Assembly: GCA_963785305.1 (NCBI GenBank)
Contig: CAWAUV010000005.1
Location: forward strand, 704,001-768,000
Direction: 5' to 3'
DNA: 64,000 nt
Origin: an uncultured Planctomycetaceae bacterium
GTDB lineage: Bacteria; Planctomycetota; Planctomycetia; Pirellulales; PALSA-1355
A model generated the notes under the pieces. That model was not told the DNA's origin, made no database searches, and saw only the letters and a list, made by a program, of their open reading frames with translations. A program made the position numbers and the translations under genes. Of this stretch, positions 17,907 through 32,105 are shown piece after piece. Each line of letters starts with the position of its first letter. Position 1 is the stretch's first letter.

Positions 17907-20350
17907 ATGGCAATAGTTCGCCTCCTTCCCGCCGTTTGGCCCGTGCTGGCGGCGCTGAGTCTGCTGCCCAGCGCACGGCCGAGGCACAATTCTTTGGCCA
18001 AGCCTCGTTCGAGCTCTCGGCCGCGGTGCATGTCGACGAGGCGGAGAGCGCTACCCGAGCCCAGCTTGAGCGCGTGCGGGCCTGCGTGGCCGATGCGCAG
18101 TGGGACGAAGCGGTCGAGACCCTGCGACGGATCATGGAGAATCCGGCCGGCAAACTGATGCTCATCGCCGAAAACCGCTATGTCAGCCTCGGAGATTATT
18201 GCCAGGCCCAGATCGCGGCGCTGCCGCCGCCGGGTCTCAAGCTTTACCGGGAGCGCGTCGATTCGCTTGCCGAGCGCTCCTATCGCGAGGGGATTGCCCA
18301 GCGCGATCGGGCCCGGCTTGAAAATGGCTTGTCGCATTTTTTCGCGAGTTCTTGGGGCGACAAATCGCTCTTGGCCTTGGGCGAAATCGCCTTGGAAGAA
18401 GGTCGCCATGCCGCGGCTCGCAGCTATTGGGAGGCGATGCTCGAACATCCACCGCAGGTGATCGCCGCCGCGAAGTTCGACTTTGCCCACGCCGCCGCCG
18501 AGCGGGCCGAGCACGCCGGCGCTCCCGGCGCCGAAGCCGACCTGGCGCTGGTTGATCGCTGGTATGCGATCGATCGCTCCCCCGATCCGCCGACGTATCG
18601 CCTGCGAACGGAACTGCCGCTGGGCGACGACGACTCGGCCGCGCTCACGCGATTTTGGAAAGTCGCGGGGCTCGCGCCCTCCACGCTCAGCTACCCCGGC
18701 ACAACCGTGCCGCTGGCCGATATTCGCGCTCGGCTCATCCTGGCTTCGATCGGCGAAGGCGGGCTCGAGCGGGCCGCCGGCGAATTGTCCGCCTTTGAGC
18801 GATTGCATTCCAACGCCGCCGGACACTTAGCCGGTCGCGATGGCAATTATGTGGCGACGCTCAAAGCACTTTTGGCCGAAGCGGCTCATTGGCCGGCCGA
18901 GCCAGTTTCGCCCGATTGGCCCACGTTCGCCGGCTCGCCGGAGCGCAACAAAGTGGTCGACAGCCCGCTCGAATTGGGCGCACAAGCATGGCCTCCGATC
19001 GAACTGGGCGAACCGCAGACGGCCGACGTGGCGAATATGCGCATGTTCAGCTTGCGCCGCGTGGCCGAAGACGCCCAGGGGCTGCTGAGCTATCACCCGA
19101 TTGTCGTGGGCGATCTGATACTCGTGGCCAAGCAAACGCAGCTCTTCGCGTTCAATCTTTATACCGGCAAGCCCGCTTGGCCCGGCGGCGGAGCGGCGCA
19201 CGCGCCGGGCGAATTCTTTTCCGACGATCTTCCAGTGCATGCGGTGCGGCTCAATCGCGGCCTGGGCGTGCCGCGTTACACGCTCACGGCTCACGAGGGC
19301 CGACTCTATGCTCGCACCGGCTCGCAAGTGACCAGCCATCCGCTCGATTCGCAAGAGAGCGCCGGCGGCCATTTGGCCTGTTTTGATCTCACGTCCCAGG
19401 GGCTATTGCTTTGGAAAATCTCGCCCGATGATGACCGCTGGTCGTTCGGCGGATCGCCGGTGGTCGCCGGGGCCAATGTTTACATCACGATGCGAAAGAG
19501 CGACGTGCGTCCGCAAGAACACATCGCCTGCTTCGACGCCCAAACCGGCAAGCGCCGCTGGCGCACCATGATCTGCGCCGCCGAGACTCCGGGTGGCGGG
19601 CAGGAAGAGATGTCGCACAACCTGCTCACGCTGGCCGAAGGCACGCTCTACGCCAACACGAATCTCGGCGCCGTGGCGGCGATCCGGCCCGAAGACGGCT
19701 CGCTAAAATGGGTCTCGCTCTATCGCCGCGCATCGCGCACCGCCCAAGGACAAGATCGCCGGGCCGCGCATTTTTATCGCGATCTGACCCCGGCGATGTT
19801 CCGTCGAGGCGCGCTCCTCGTGGCGCCGGCCGACTGCGAGAGTATTTTCGCCCTCGATTCCGGGTCGGGGCAAATGATCTGGGAAAGCCATCTGGCCGAA
19901 GACGCGGTGCATCTGCTGGGCGTGGGCGGCGGCGCGCTCATCGCCAGCGGCGATCGGCTGTGGTGGATCGACGCCACGGGCGGAAAAGTGCTCGACAATT
20001 GGCCATCGGAAACCCCCCATGGCTTCGGGCGCGGGGTGCTGGCCGGCGGACGCGTTTATTGGCCCACCCGCGAATTTCTCTATGTCTTCAATCAGCGAAT
20101 TCCTCCTCGAACGCATGCCACGATGGTTCGCGACCCGATTGCGCTGGCGGCCGGCCGCGGCGCTTCGGGTGGCAATCTGATTCCGGCCGACGGCGTGCTG
20201 CTGGTGGCCACGGCCAATAAATTGTATGGTTTCCGTCAGCCCGGCGGTCCGGCGGACGCGCTACGCAAGGCCTCGCGCGCGGCTGGCGCTCGAGCGCCGC
20301 CGCCGGCTGCCGCCGAGAGCGTTCCGGTCGAACCGAAAGCACGATTTTAA
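17907..20350 (+). CDS. PQQ-like/BamB-type beta-propeller protein (frameshift in the signal region)
   Basis: DWPTFAGSPERN and repeated D..TG...W blade motifs; signal peptide starts at ATG 17907 in another frame. Confidence 0.8.
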
Positions 20351-20413
20351 ACTCCCGGCGCAGGCGCATGATTGGCCGCGCGTTTCCCCCTCAATCTCGC
20401 GAGAATCTCCGAC

Positions 20414-21514
<1,101 letters not shown>

Positions 21515-22449
21515 GCTCGAGGGACTCGAGTTGCGGGCGAGGCTGATCGTGGAAGGCTATGTGGCGGGGGTGCATCGCAGCCCGTTCCATGGTTTTTCGA
21601 TCGAATTCGCCGAGCATCGCGAGTATGTGCAGGGCGACGACCTGCGATACGTCGACTGGAAAGTATTCGGCAAGACCGACAAGGTATATCTCAAGCAGTA
21701 CGAGGAGGAAACGAATCTCGTCAGCTATTTGCTGCTCGACACGAGCGAAAGCATGCTCTACAAGAGCGCCGGCGCCCCGCTCTCGAAGCTCGAATACGCC
21801 CAGTGCCTGGCGTCGGCCTTGGCCTACCTGGTGCTGCGGCAGCAAGACAGCGTGGGACTTGCCACTTTCGATCGCGAGATTCGCCCTGGTGCGCTCGAGC
21901 AGCAATCCCTCGCATTTGCGGCAATTGCTGCATGTGATGGGGCGGGCGACCGCCGAGCGAAAGACGAATACCGGCCCGATCTTCCATGATCTGGCCGAGC
22001 GGTTGAGAAAGCGCGGCATCGTCATCATTCTCAGCGACTTGTTCGACAACGTCGCCTCGATTATGGCGGGGCTCAAGCACTTTCGCCACCGGCGGCATGA
22101 AGTGATTCTATTGCATATGCTCGATCCGGCCGAACTCGACTTTCCTTTCCGCGACATGACCATGTTCAAGGGACTCGAAGAGGCGACCGATGTGCTGGCC
22201 GATCCGAAGTCGCTGCGCGACGCCTATCTCCGCGAGTTCGGGGCGTTTACCCAGGCCATCAAGCGCAGAGCGCGGGCACTGCAGATCGACTATGTGCTCG
22301 CCCGCACGGATGAGAACCTCGACCTTGTGCTGTCCACCTATTTGGCCTCGCGAATGAGTCGCGCTCGTTGACCGCGAGGCGGGCGAAAAGCCAGTCCCGC
22401 GCATGGAAGCAAAACCACGTGGTTCGCACGATAACTTAGCGGAGAATTC

Positions 22450-24781
22450 ATGGGCCCGGTGTTCGGCGGAGCGAACTTGCTGGCGTTTGGATTCGGCAGC
22501 CTGGCAATGCTGGGCTGGCTGGCGGCGGCGGCCGCGCCGATCGTGATCCACCTCTGGAACAAACGCAAATATCGCGAAATTCACTGGGCCGCCATGGAAT
22601 ACCTGCTGGCGGCGATGCGCAAGAACTCGCGGCGCATTCAGGTCGAGCAGTGGATTCTGCTCGCGGTGCGCACCGCGCTCGTGGCCTTGGTGGCGCTGGC
22701 CGCCGCCCAACCGTTTCTCGAACGCTTCGGGCTCGATTTCGTCGCCGGCCAGCGCACGCTCAAACTGCTGGTGATCGATGGCTCGTATTCCATGGCGTTC
22801 AAGCCCTCGGAGAAGAGCCGGTTCGAGCGGGCCAAGCAGCTTGCCTCGCAGATCGTGGGCGAAAGCCATCAGGGCGACGCGTTCACCTTGGTGCTCATGT
22901 CCACGCCGCCGGCGGTGATTGTCGGCACGCCGGCCGTCGAGCCGCGGGCCTTTCTCGACGAAATCGAAAACCTGAAGCCCGCCCACGGCGGGGCCGATCT
23001 CGTGGCCACGCTGGCCAAGGTCGATGAAGTGCTCGGCAAAGCCGATCAATCCAGCTTCCCGCGCCGCGAGGTCTATTTTCTCAGCGACCTGCAGGCGCGT
23101 GACCTGGATGCCCGACGCCCCGAGCGATTTCGCCTCGCGCCGGCCAGCCCAAGCCGCCGCCGATGCTTCGCCGCCGACCGATGTCGCCGCCCAGCTTGGG
23201 GCCAACCAAGTCGGAAAGAACCAAGGCGGGGCCGAGCCAGCAAACCCGGCCGAACCGCCCGCGGCCGGCGGTTTTCGCGATCTGGTCGATCGGCTCGGCC
23301 GCGTGGCCAATCTGATCGTGATCGATGTCGGCCAGCAAGGCGGAAGCGAAAATCTGGCGATTACCGGCTTGCGGACCAGCGAGCCGTTCGTCACCACCGG
23401 CGATGATGTTTCGCTCGAAGGACAAGTTCGCAATTTCGGCACGCAGCCGCAAAACCATCGCTTGGTGGAATGTTACGTCGACGGCCGGCGCGTGCGGGAA
23501 ACGTATGTCGATGTTCCGGCCGGAGAACAAGCGCCCGTGGCCTTCCGGCATCGGTTCGACACCGCCGCCAACCATGGTGTCGAATTCCGTTTGGCCTCCG
23601 ATCTGCTCGATGTCGACAACCATCGCTGGCTCTCGCAAACGGTGAAAGACTATCTGCGCGTGCTTTGCGTCAACGGCAAGCCGGCGACCGGCGGCATGTC
23701 GGGCGCCACGGATTATCTGGCCCGCGCGCTCAATCCCGAGGAAGACGCCGCGCATCATGGCGTGGTGCGGCCGGAGGTGATTCCGGAAAGCGCGCTCGTC
23801 GAGCGTGATCTCTCGGCCTACGATTGCATCTTTCTTTGCAACATCGGCCAATTCACCGCCAGCGAAGCCCGACTGCTCGATGCTTACACGCGCGCCGGCG
23901 GCGGGCTCGTGATCTTCTTGGGCGACCAGACCATGCCCGACCGCTACAACCGCCTGCTCGGCCCCGGCGCCGAGACTCCGCTGCTCGGCGCCAAACTGGG
24001 AGCCAAGGTCGATGAGTCGCAGTATCGCTTCGACCCGCTCGAATACAAGCATCCGCTCGTGGCCGCGTTTCAAGGTCGCGAGCAAGCCGGTTTGCTCACC
24101 ACGCCCATCTATCAATATTACCGGCTGACCGTGCCGGAGCATTCCTCGGCTCGGGTGGCGCTCGGTTTCGAGGGCGGCGATCCGGCCGTGGTGGAGCAAG
24201 CCGTGGGTCGCGGTCGCGTGATTTTGGTGGCAACCGATGGATCGCTATCATCGATCGACCCGGCGACCCACATGCCTTGGACCGCCTGGGCGGCCTGGCC
24301 AAGTTATCTGCCGCTGGTGCAAGAAATGTTGGCCGAGGCGGTCGCGGGGCAGCAATCGCAGCGCAATCTGCTGGTCGGACAGACGATTTCCGAATCGGCG
24401 CCCGCCTCCTTGCGTGGGCCGCTCACGCTGATCGCGCCCGATGGCCGCCGCGAGGAGCTGCGCGTGGCGACCGACGCCGAGGGCGGTCGCTGGACCGCGG
24501 CCGACGCCAGCACGAGCGGGCCTTATACGCTGGAGGCCGGGTCGACGCGGCCCGAGATTTTCGCGGTGAATGTCGACACCGCCGAAAGCAATCTAGCCCG
24601 AATCGATCCGTCGGACCTGCCGCGAGGCTTTACGATGAACCACGCCGCGGCGCTCGAGGAGTCGGAAGAAAATGTGGCCGGGGAGCGAGGCAGTTTGAGT
24701 AAGATGCTGCTCTATGCGGCGCTGGCGCTCGTGTTTTGCGAAACCTTTCTCGCGTGGCGGTTCGGAAACCGAAACTCATGA
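22450..24781 (+). CDS. BatA N-terminal double-TM / vWA domain protein (frameshifted)
   Basis: PIVIHLWNKRKYREIHWAAMEYL, VIDGSYSM MIDAS motif, FLSDLQ; continues in ORF 23024..24781 with a C-terminal TM. Confidence 0.85.
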
Positions 24782-27224
24782 GCGGCATAGTTCCTCCTTG
24801 GTTGCAACGGTGGTTGGGCGTCGAAGCCACGAACGCCGGCGAAGGTATTTCGTGGAGCATCGACAACTCCTGGGGTTGGGCGCCCTGGATCACGCTCCTA
24901 TTCGCGATCTTCGCCGTGGCGTGGGTCGCCTATTTCTATGCTCGCGAAATTTCGACCGCCGGCCGCGTCTATCGCTCGCTCTTGGCCGGATTGCGACTGG
25001 GAATGATTCTGATCCTGTCGCTCATGATCGCCGAACTGATGCTCTCGCTCCGACGCACCGGATTGCCCACCGTGGTGGTGCTGGTCGATGATTCCGCCAG
25101 CATGGGCATCGTCGATCGCTATGACGACGAGAAGCTGCGCGCTCGTCGCCCAACGATTGAAAGCCGCCGGCTTTTCCGACACGCCCGGTAGCGGCCGGGC
25201 AGGCGCCGCGAAAAGCTCGAGCCCGGCCGGCGATGCCGACAAGACCGCCACGCGGCTCAATCTGGCCAAAAGCTTGCTCGTGGCCGGAAAAAACCCGATC
25301 CTCGCCGAGATCGAACGCAACTACAAGCTTCGGGTCTATGCCGTGTCGACCGCGGCCCGAGCGCTCGGCGAGCGATTGCCGGGGGTCGACGAAGCGGTGA
25401 GGAAACTCGAACCCACGGGCCAAAGTTCTCGCCTGGGCGCTGCCCTGCACAGCGTGCTTGGCGACTTGCGCGGCACGCCGCCGGCCGCGATCGTGCTCGT
25501 TTCCGATGGTGTGTCGACCGATGGCGAGTCGCTGGCCGACGCCGCGAAATCCGTGCGTCGCAAAGGCACGCCGCTCTTTACCGTGGGCCTGGGCAACGAG
25601 CGCCCGGTGCGAGATCTCGAAGTGAGCGATCTCTTGGTCGACGAAGTGGTGTTCGTCGACGACATCGTGAACTTCGAGTTCAAACTGACCGGATCCGGCT
25701 TGACCGGTCGCAATGTCGATATCGTGCTACGGGAGAAAGATCATCCGCGCGTGCTGGCTCGGCTCAAGGCGGTGGTGGGAGCCGATGGCAAGCCCCAGCG
25801 ATTGCAATTGCCTTACCGACCCACCGAGACCGGCGAATTCGAATATGTCGTCGAGGCGCTGCCGGTGGCCGATGAAATCCAATCGGAGAACAACCGCCAA
25901 ACCCGGGTGGTGAGCGTGCGCAAGGAGCGGATTCGCGCGCTCTTCGCGCAGGCCTATCCCAACAACGAATTTCGATATCTCAAGCACATGCTCGAGCGCG
26001 ACGGCACCGTGCAGTTGCGCACCGTGCTGCAAGACGCCGACGTGGAGTACGCCGAGCTCGATCAATCGGCGCTGCCGATCTTTCCGGTTCGTCGCGACGA
26101 GCTCTTCGAATATGATTGCGTGCTCTTGGGCGATGTGAATCCCGCGCTCTTGAGCACCAGCGCGCTCGCGAATCTAGCGGCGTTTGTCGAGGAAAAGGGC
26201 GGCGGCGTGGCGTTTATCGCCGGACCGCTCCATATGCCGCTCGCCTACCGCGGCACACCCCTCGAGCCGCTCTTTCCAGTCGAGCTCGGCGCCGCCACCG
26301 CGCCGCCCGAGGGGCAAGCCATTACCGAGGGCTTTGTTCCGCTGCCCACGGATATGGGCCTCGCGAGCCCGCAAATGCAGCTCGGCGACAATCTGGTCGA
26401 GACGACTGCGCATTTGGCGCGATCTGCCGCCCTTGTACTGGTTGCTTGAAACGCCGAGCATGAAGCCCGCGGCCCGAGTGCTGGCCGAGCATCCGGATCG
26501 CGTCGGGCCCGATGGCCGCAAGTTGCCGGTCTTCTCGATGCAATACTATGGCGCCGGGCGGGTGCTGTTTCATGCGACCGACGAAACCTGGCGCTGGCGA
26601 TATCGGGTGGGCGATGTGTTTTTCGCCCGCTACTGGGTACAAGCAATTCGTTATCTCAGCCGCGCGAAGCTCTTGGGCAAGGATCGCTCCGCCGAATTGA
26701 GCGCCGAGCGGCGGGAATATCGCCGCGGCGACACTGCCCGGCTGCGTGCCCGCTTTCTTGATGAACGGCTCGCGCCGGCCGAGGACGATGGCGTGACGGT
26801 GGTCGTGGAGCGCGAGGGCCGCGAGAGCCAGCGGATCAAGCTCGAGCGCGCCGCGACCGGCCGCGGTGTGTTCGAAGCCGGCGTGAGCGGCCTGCTCGAT
26901 GGAAAATACCATGCTTGGATCGCCACCCCCACCTTGCCGGGCAAGGCGCCGAGCGCCGATTTTCTGGTCACCGCCCCGCCCGGCGAGCTCGAGCGTTTGC
27001 AGATGGATTCGGCCGAATTGGAGCAAGCCGCCACGGAAACGCATGGCCATTTTTATCGACTGCCGGATGTGGATCGCCTTGTCGACGACTTGCCCCAAGG
27101 TCGCCGAGTGCCGATCGAGACCCTTCCGCCCGAAGTTTTGTGGAACCGCTGTTGGGTGCTCACGGTGTTCGTGACCCTGGCGACCAGCGAATGGATTCTG
27201 CGGAAACGCAAGGGAATGTTATAA
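24778..27224 (+). CDS. vWA + glutamine-amidotransferase-like membrane protein (two frameshifts)
   Basis: VLVDDSASM, LVSDG, YDCVLLGDV, GAGRVLFHATDETWRWR, EWILRKRKGML across ORFs 24736, 25088 and 26184. Confidence 0.82.
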
Positions 27225-27279
27225 TGCGGTTGCGAAATTGGCCGAGCATCGTACCTAAGTCCAGGCCAAGGAGAGGCGC

Positions 27280-30200
27280 ATGAGCCATCCGCTCGAGCGG
27301 CAAATCGGCGACACGCGACGTCAGGCGCGGCGGTTGCTTTTGCGCTACGGACTCGCTTGGACATTAGCGATCGCGCTCTCGGTCGCCCTCGTCTTGACGC
27401 TCGCCGACTTCGCGCTCCGATTCGAGGACCGCGGCATTCGGCTCATGTGCAGCCTCGCGGCCGTGGGGGGGCTGCTCGCGGCCGCGTATCGTTTCGCCTA
27501 TCGGCCGCTCGGGCGGAAGATGTCCAATGTCGAAATCGCCCAATCGATCGAACGGCGGTTTCCCCAACTTGGCGAGCGGCTCAGCTCGGCGATCGATTTT
27601 CTCGGGCGCCAGGAAGACGATCCGGGCGCCGGCTCGGCGTTGCTCCGCCGCTCGGTCATCCATGAGACCGAACAAGTGATGGCCGATTTGCCGGTCGATG
27701 AGTCGCTCGATCGCCGGCCGGCGCGCTGCGCCCTGGCCGTGGCCGCGGCGGTGATGCTCGTGACGCTCGCGATCGTGGCTTTCGCGCCGCGCTTGGCGGC
27801 GCTCGCGGCGCTGCGGCTGGCCAAGCCGTTTGGCGACGATCGCTGGCCGCGCGACAACAACCTCGAGTTTCGCGCGGCGCCCTCGCGGCTCGCCGTGGGC
27901 GATTCCTTCGAAGCCGAACTAGTCGACGCCGGTGGTCTCTTGCCCGAGGAAGTTCGCATCTACTATCGCCACGAAACCGCGAACGGCCCCAGCGATTCCG
28001 TCGAAATCGCGCATCCCCAGGGCAACCGGTTCACCGTGCAAAAGAAAGAGGTCGATCGGCCGTTTTCATTTCGGGCCGAGGGCGGCGACGATCATCAAAT
28101 GCCCTGGCGCTCGGTCGACGTGATCGAAACACCGCGCGTCGAAGCACTCAAGGTCGTGGTCACCCCGCCGGCCTATACCGGCTGGCCCGCCGAGCCAAGC
28201 GATTCGCGAATCCAAGCGCTGCGCGGTTCGCGGCTCGAGTTCACCGGCGCCGCCACCAAGCCGCTCAAAGCCATCGCCTGGCGCCAAGGCGATCGGGTAA
28301 TGGCCGGTGTCGTGGCCGACGATCGCCTCGGATTTCATGTCCCCTCGCCGGGAAATCAATTGCTGGTCGAAGGGAGCGGCGAGTATCGCTTCGACCTCAC
28401 CGACGCCGAGGAGCTCGTCGGCGGCAAAGGCGAGCATTGGGAGATTCAGGCCCTGGTCGACGCGGCGCCCACGGTGACGATCGAAGAGCCGGCTGGAAAC
28501 ATTTTTGTCACGGCTCGGGCCAGCGTGCCGATCAAGATCGTGGCGAAAGACGATTTGGCGCTCCATGAAATCGCGCTGCACTCGCTGGAGTCGAATCATT
28601 CGGACACCGGCGAAGTTCGCACGGAGCTCTATCGCGGACCCGAGCGGCATCCGCCCGCCCCGACCGGCGCGGAAGCGGTTGGCGGCGAGCGAGGCGATAG
28701 CCGCGCGGTGACCTATGCGCTCGAGCTCGCCCCGCTCGACCTAAAGCCCGGCGCCACGCTGACGTTCTTCGCCAGCGCCGCCGATTACATGCCGCAGCAG
28801 GGCCAAAGCGCTCCGCGCAAGCTCACGATCCTGAGTCCCCGCGAATTCGAAGACCGCATCGCCCAGCGGCAATCGCTGATTCATGGCGAAATCGCCCGGG
28901 CTCTCAAAGTGCAGCAAGAAACGCGCACTCAGACCGGCGCGCTTGAAATCCAGGCTCGCGACGTTGGGAAACTAACCAAGGCCGATCTCGACCGAGCCCA
29001 AGCGGCCGAGATGAATCAGCGACAGGTAAAACGCATGCTGGCCGGCGAGCGCGACGGTGTGCGGGCTGGCATCAAAGAGCTGTTTGCCGAACTAGCGAAC
29101 AACCGCGTCGATAGCCCTGATTTGAAGCGGCAGATGCAAGAGATGCTCGAGGAGCTCGCGCGACTCGGCGACGAGCAATTGGGCCCGATCGAGCGCGAAT
29201 TGACCGGCGCCGTGAAAGACGCCCGGAGCGAGCTCGCCCAAGCCGACGCGTCCAATGAAGCAGAGCGACCGGCGGCCGAAAACAACGATGGCGATAAACA
29301 AGGCGCCGGTAAACAAGACACGACTAAGCAAGACACTGGTAAGCAAAGTGGCGACAAACAAGATCGTGGTCGACAAGAAGGCGATCGCGCGGCGGGTGAA
29401 AAGCAGCCCGGTCCCGTGGCCCGCGAGCTTGCCAACGCCGGAGAGCATCAAGAGCGAGTCATCGAGTCGCTCGAAGCCATGCTTGGCCGGCTAGGCCAGT
29501 GGGACAATTATCGCCGTTTTGGGCGCGAGGTGGCCCAGCTTCGCCAGCAACAAGAAGACCTACTCACATCCACGCGCGAAGCCGCCGGCAAGACCTTGGG
29601 CAAGGACTTGAAGGACCTTGATCCGCAGCAGCAGGCGGATCTCAAAAAAGTGGCCGGCCGCCAAACCGAGTTGGCTCGCCAGCTCGATAAGCTCGAACAG
29701 CAAATGTCGGAAGCCCGCGAGCGGCTCGCCGACGAGGACCCCGTGGCGTCGGAAACCCTGGGCGACGCGCTCGATCAGGCTCGCCAGCGCGGTCAGCGGC
29801 GCAATGCGCAAGGCGGGCGAAGCCGCCGAGCGCAATCAGGTGTCGCAAGCCGTGGAATCGCAAAAACAAATCTCGCAAGAGCTCGACGAACTGCAAAACA
29901 TTCTCTCCAATCGGCGCGAGCAAGAACTCGGCCGACTGGTGCGCAAGCTCAAGGAAGCGGAGCGGAGCCTCGAGCAGTTTCGCAAGCAGCAAGCCGGACT
30001 CCGCAAAAAGATGGCCGAGCTCGACAAACAACCGGCGCCCGAGGGAGCCGAAGCCCAGGCCGGGCGCAAAAAAAGAACTCGAACGGCTGACGCGTGAAGA
30101 ACGAAACCTGCAAACCGAAGCCCAGCGGCTCGCCCGGCGGCTCGAGCGGTTGCAGGCGGACAAGGCTGGTCAGAAGATGGCGCGCACCGCCGGCCGCATG

Positions 30201-31078
30201 GGGCAGTCGGGCCAAGCGGGCGAACAGGGCGCCACGGGCGATGCGGGCGCAGCCGCCGAACAGGCCCAGAAAGATCTCGACGAAGCGCAAGAACAATTGG
30301 CCCAGCGCCGCCGGCAAGCTGAAGCGGACTTGGCGCAAGAGCAAATGGCTCGCATCGAGGAAAGCATCAAGAGTCTGCGCGGACGCCAGTCGCAATTGCG
30401 CGGCGAAGCGACTCGTTATGCCGAAACATTGAAGGCCAAGGGCCGTTTCACGCGCGGTGAATCGGCGGGTGTCCAAACCCTTGGGCGGCAAGAAAAAGGC
30501 CTCTCGGCCGAGACCACGGCGCTGGCCGAAAAGGTTTCGGCGGCGGAAGTGTTTCATCTCGCGCTCACCGCGGCGTCGGGGAATATGGACCAGGCGGCGG
30601 CTCTGCTCCACCAGCGCGAAGTAGGCGCCGCCACGCAAGAAGCCATCGCCGCCGCCGAGCGCCGGCTCGATCGCATTCTCGCCGCGCTAGGCGAAAGCAA
30701 ACAACAAGGCGACAAGGCCAATGCCGGCCAGAACGAAGATCGCAATGGCGAAGCCGGCGAGGAGCAATCCCAACAACGGCGCAAGACGGCATCCGCTCGA
30801 TCGCCGAGTTGCGTTTGCTTAAGTTGATGCAGGAGGATTTGCTCGAGCGGTTCCGAACCATCGCCGCCAGCGACGAGCCTTCGCCAGCCGACCGCGCCGA
30901 ACGGCTCGAACAGCTTGCCGGCGAACAGGGCCGCTTGGCCGAGTTGACCATGAAGCTCTCGAAGCCCGAGCCCGATAACCTGGAAAACGATCTTGAAAAA
31001 TTACCCGATGTTCGCAAACCGCCGGAAGAAGCGTCCGAGCGCGACGCCGCGCCCGCGATGAAGGAGCCGCAACCATGA
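27280..31078 (+). CDS. Large membrane-anchored coiled-coil protein, DUF4175-like (frameshifted)
   Basis: N-terminal TMs, IERRFPQLGERLSSAI, PPAYTGW and long Q/E/A-rich coils continuing in ORFs 29618, 30150 and 30809. Confidence 0.72.
29293..29382 (+). repeat. Degenerate 15-bp tandem repeat (six xKQxx pentapeptides)
   Basis: DKQGA GKQDT TKQDT GKQSG DKQDR GRQEG. Confidence 0.7.
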
Positions 31079-32061
31079 TCGATATCGACCAGATCGCCGC
31101 GCGCTATCCGCGCGATCCGCGTCATCGCCGCCGGCGCGTTGCGCGTTTCGCGAGCTTCGCGCTGCTCTTTGCTTGCGGCGCCATGGCGCCGGCGACCATT
31201 TGGGCCGATGATCCCCCGGCCGAACCGAAGAGCCCGGCGCCACGATCGAGCCTCGATCAACAACTGCTCGACGATTTGGATAACGCGTTGCTCGATGGCG
31301 TGGAAAAGAAATTGCCGGAAAAGAGCAAACCGCCCGCGAAACCCGACGCGACGAAACCCGACGCGACGAAACCCGACGCGACGAAACCCGACGCCAAGGA
31401 GCCCGACGCCAAGGAGCCCGACGCGAAAACAACCGAAGCGGATAAACTCGAAACCGGCGGCGCCGAGCAACCGGGCTCTCCCAAGAAAACCGATGTGCCC
31501 GCGCCCGGCAAAGTGGCCGATCCCTCGGACACCGACACGATGGGTGAAGACATCGGCCAAGGCCCCGAAGACCCGCTCACGCGGATCGGCCGCGACATGC
31601 GGCGAGTCGAGCAGCTTATCGCCGAGCAAGAAGCCGCCCGCCGCGAGCCCCAGGCCGCCGGCGCCGATCAAATGCAAGAGAAGATCATCAAGGAATTGGC
31701 CGACCTGATCTCCGAACTCGAAAAGCAGCGAAAGCGGCAATCCAACTCGAATTCGAAGGGCAAGCGCTCCGGGCAGCAACCCGAGAGCGCCAAGCGCGAG
31801 CAAGTCAAGCAGCAGCGTCCCGCTTCGGCCAAGGCCAGTTCCTCGCCGACCGATAGCAGCCCCGAGCTGCGCGACCGCGCCGCGCAGCGGCCCGACGCGG
31901 CCCAGATGCAAGGCATGATGAAGGACCTTTGGGGCCAATTGCCCGCGCATGCCCGTGATCAAATGCTGCAAACGAGTCCCGAACAGTTTTTGCCTCGCTA
32001 TGAATTGCAGCTCGAAAAATACTACAAGCGACTCGCCGAACAGCAAAAGTCATCGCCCTGA
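31075..32061 (+). CDS. Secreted hypothetical protein of the MoxR operon
   Basis: Signal peptide, low-complexity linker and a conserved-looking C-terminus LWGQLP...FLPRYELQLEKYYKRLAE. Confidence 0.75.
   Translation: MIDIDQIAARYPRDPRHRRRRVARFASFALLFACGAMAPATIWADDPPAEPKSPAPRSSLDQQLLDDLDNALLDGVEKKLPEKSKPPAKPDATKPDATKPDATKPDAKEPDAKEPDAKTTEADKLETGGAEQPGSPKKTDVPAPGKVADPSDTDTMGEDIGQGPEDPLTRIGRDMRRVEQLIAEQEAARREPQAAGADQMQEKIIKELADLISELEKQRKRQSNSNSKGKRSGQQPESAKREQVKQQRPASAKASSSPTDSSPELRDRAAQRPDAAQMQGMMKDLWGQLPAHARDQMLQTSPEQFLPRYELQLEKYYKRLAEQQKSSP
31339..31428 (+). repeat. 15-bp tandem repeat, six units ([KE]PDA[TK])
   Basis: AAACCCGACGCGACG x3, AAACCCGACGCCAAG, GAGCCCGACGCCAAG, GAGCCCGACGCGAAA. Confidence 0.9.
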
Positions 32062-32105
32062 AGCTCGTCGCATTGAAGCCCCGTGAGTCTCGTGGAGCCA
32101 GCGCC

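Noticed and set aside
31339..31428. CRISPR-like array
   Set aside because: Contiguous in-frame 15-bp coding repeats with no spacers; no cas genes in the window.
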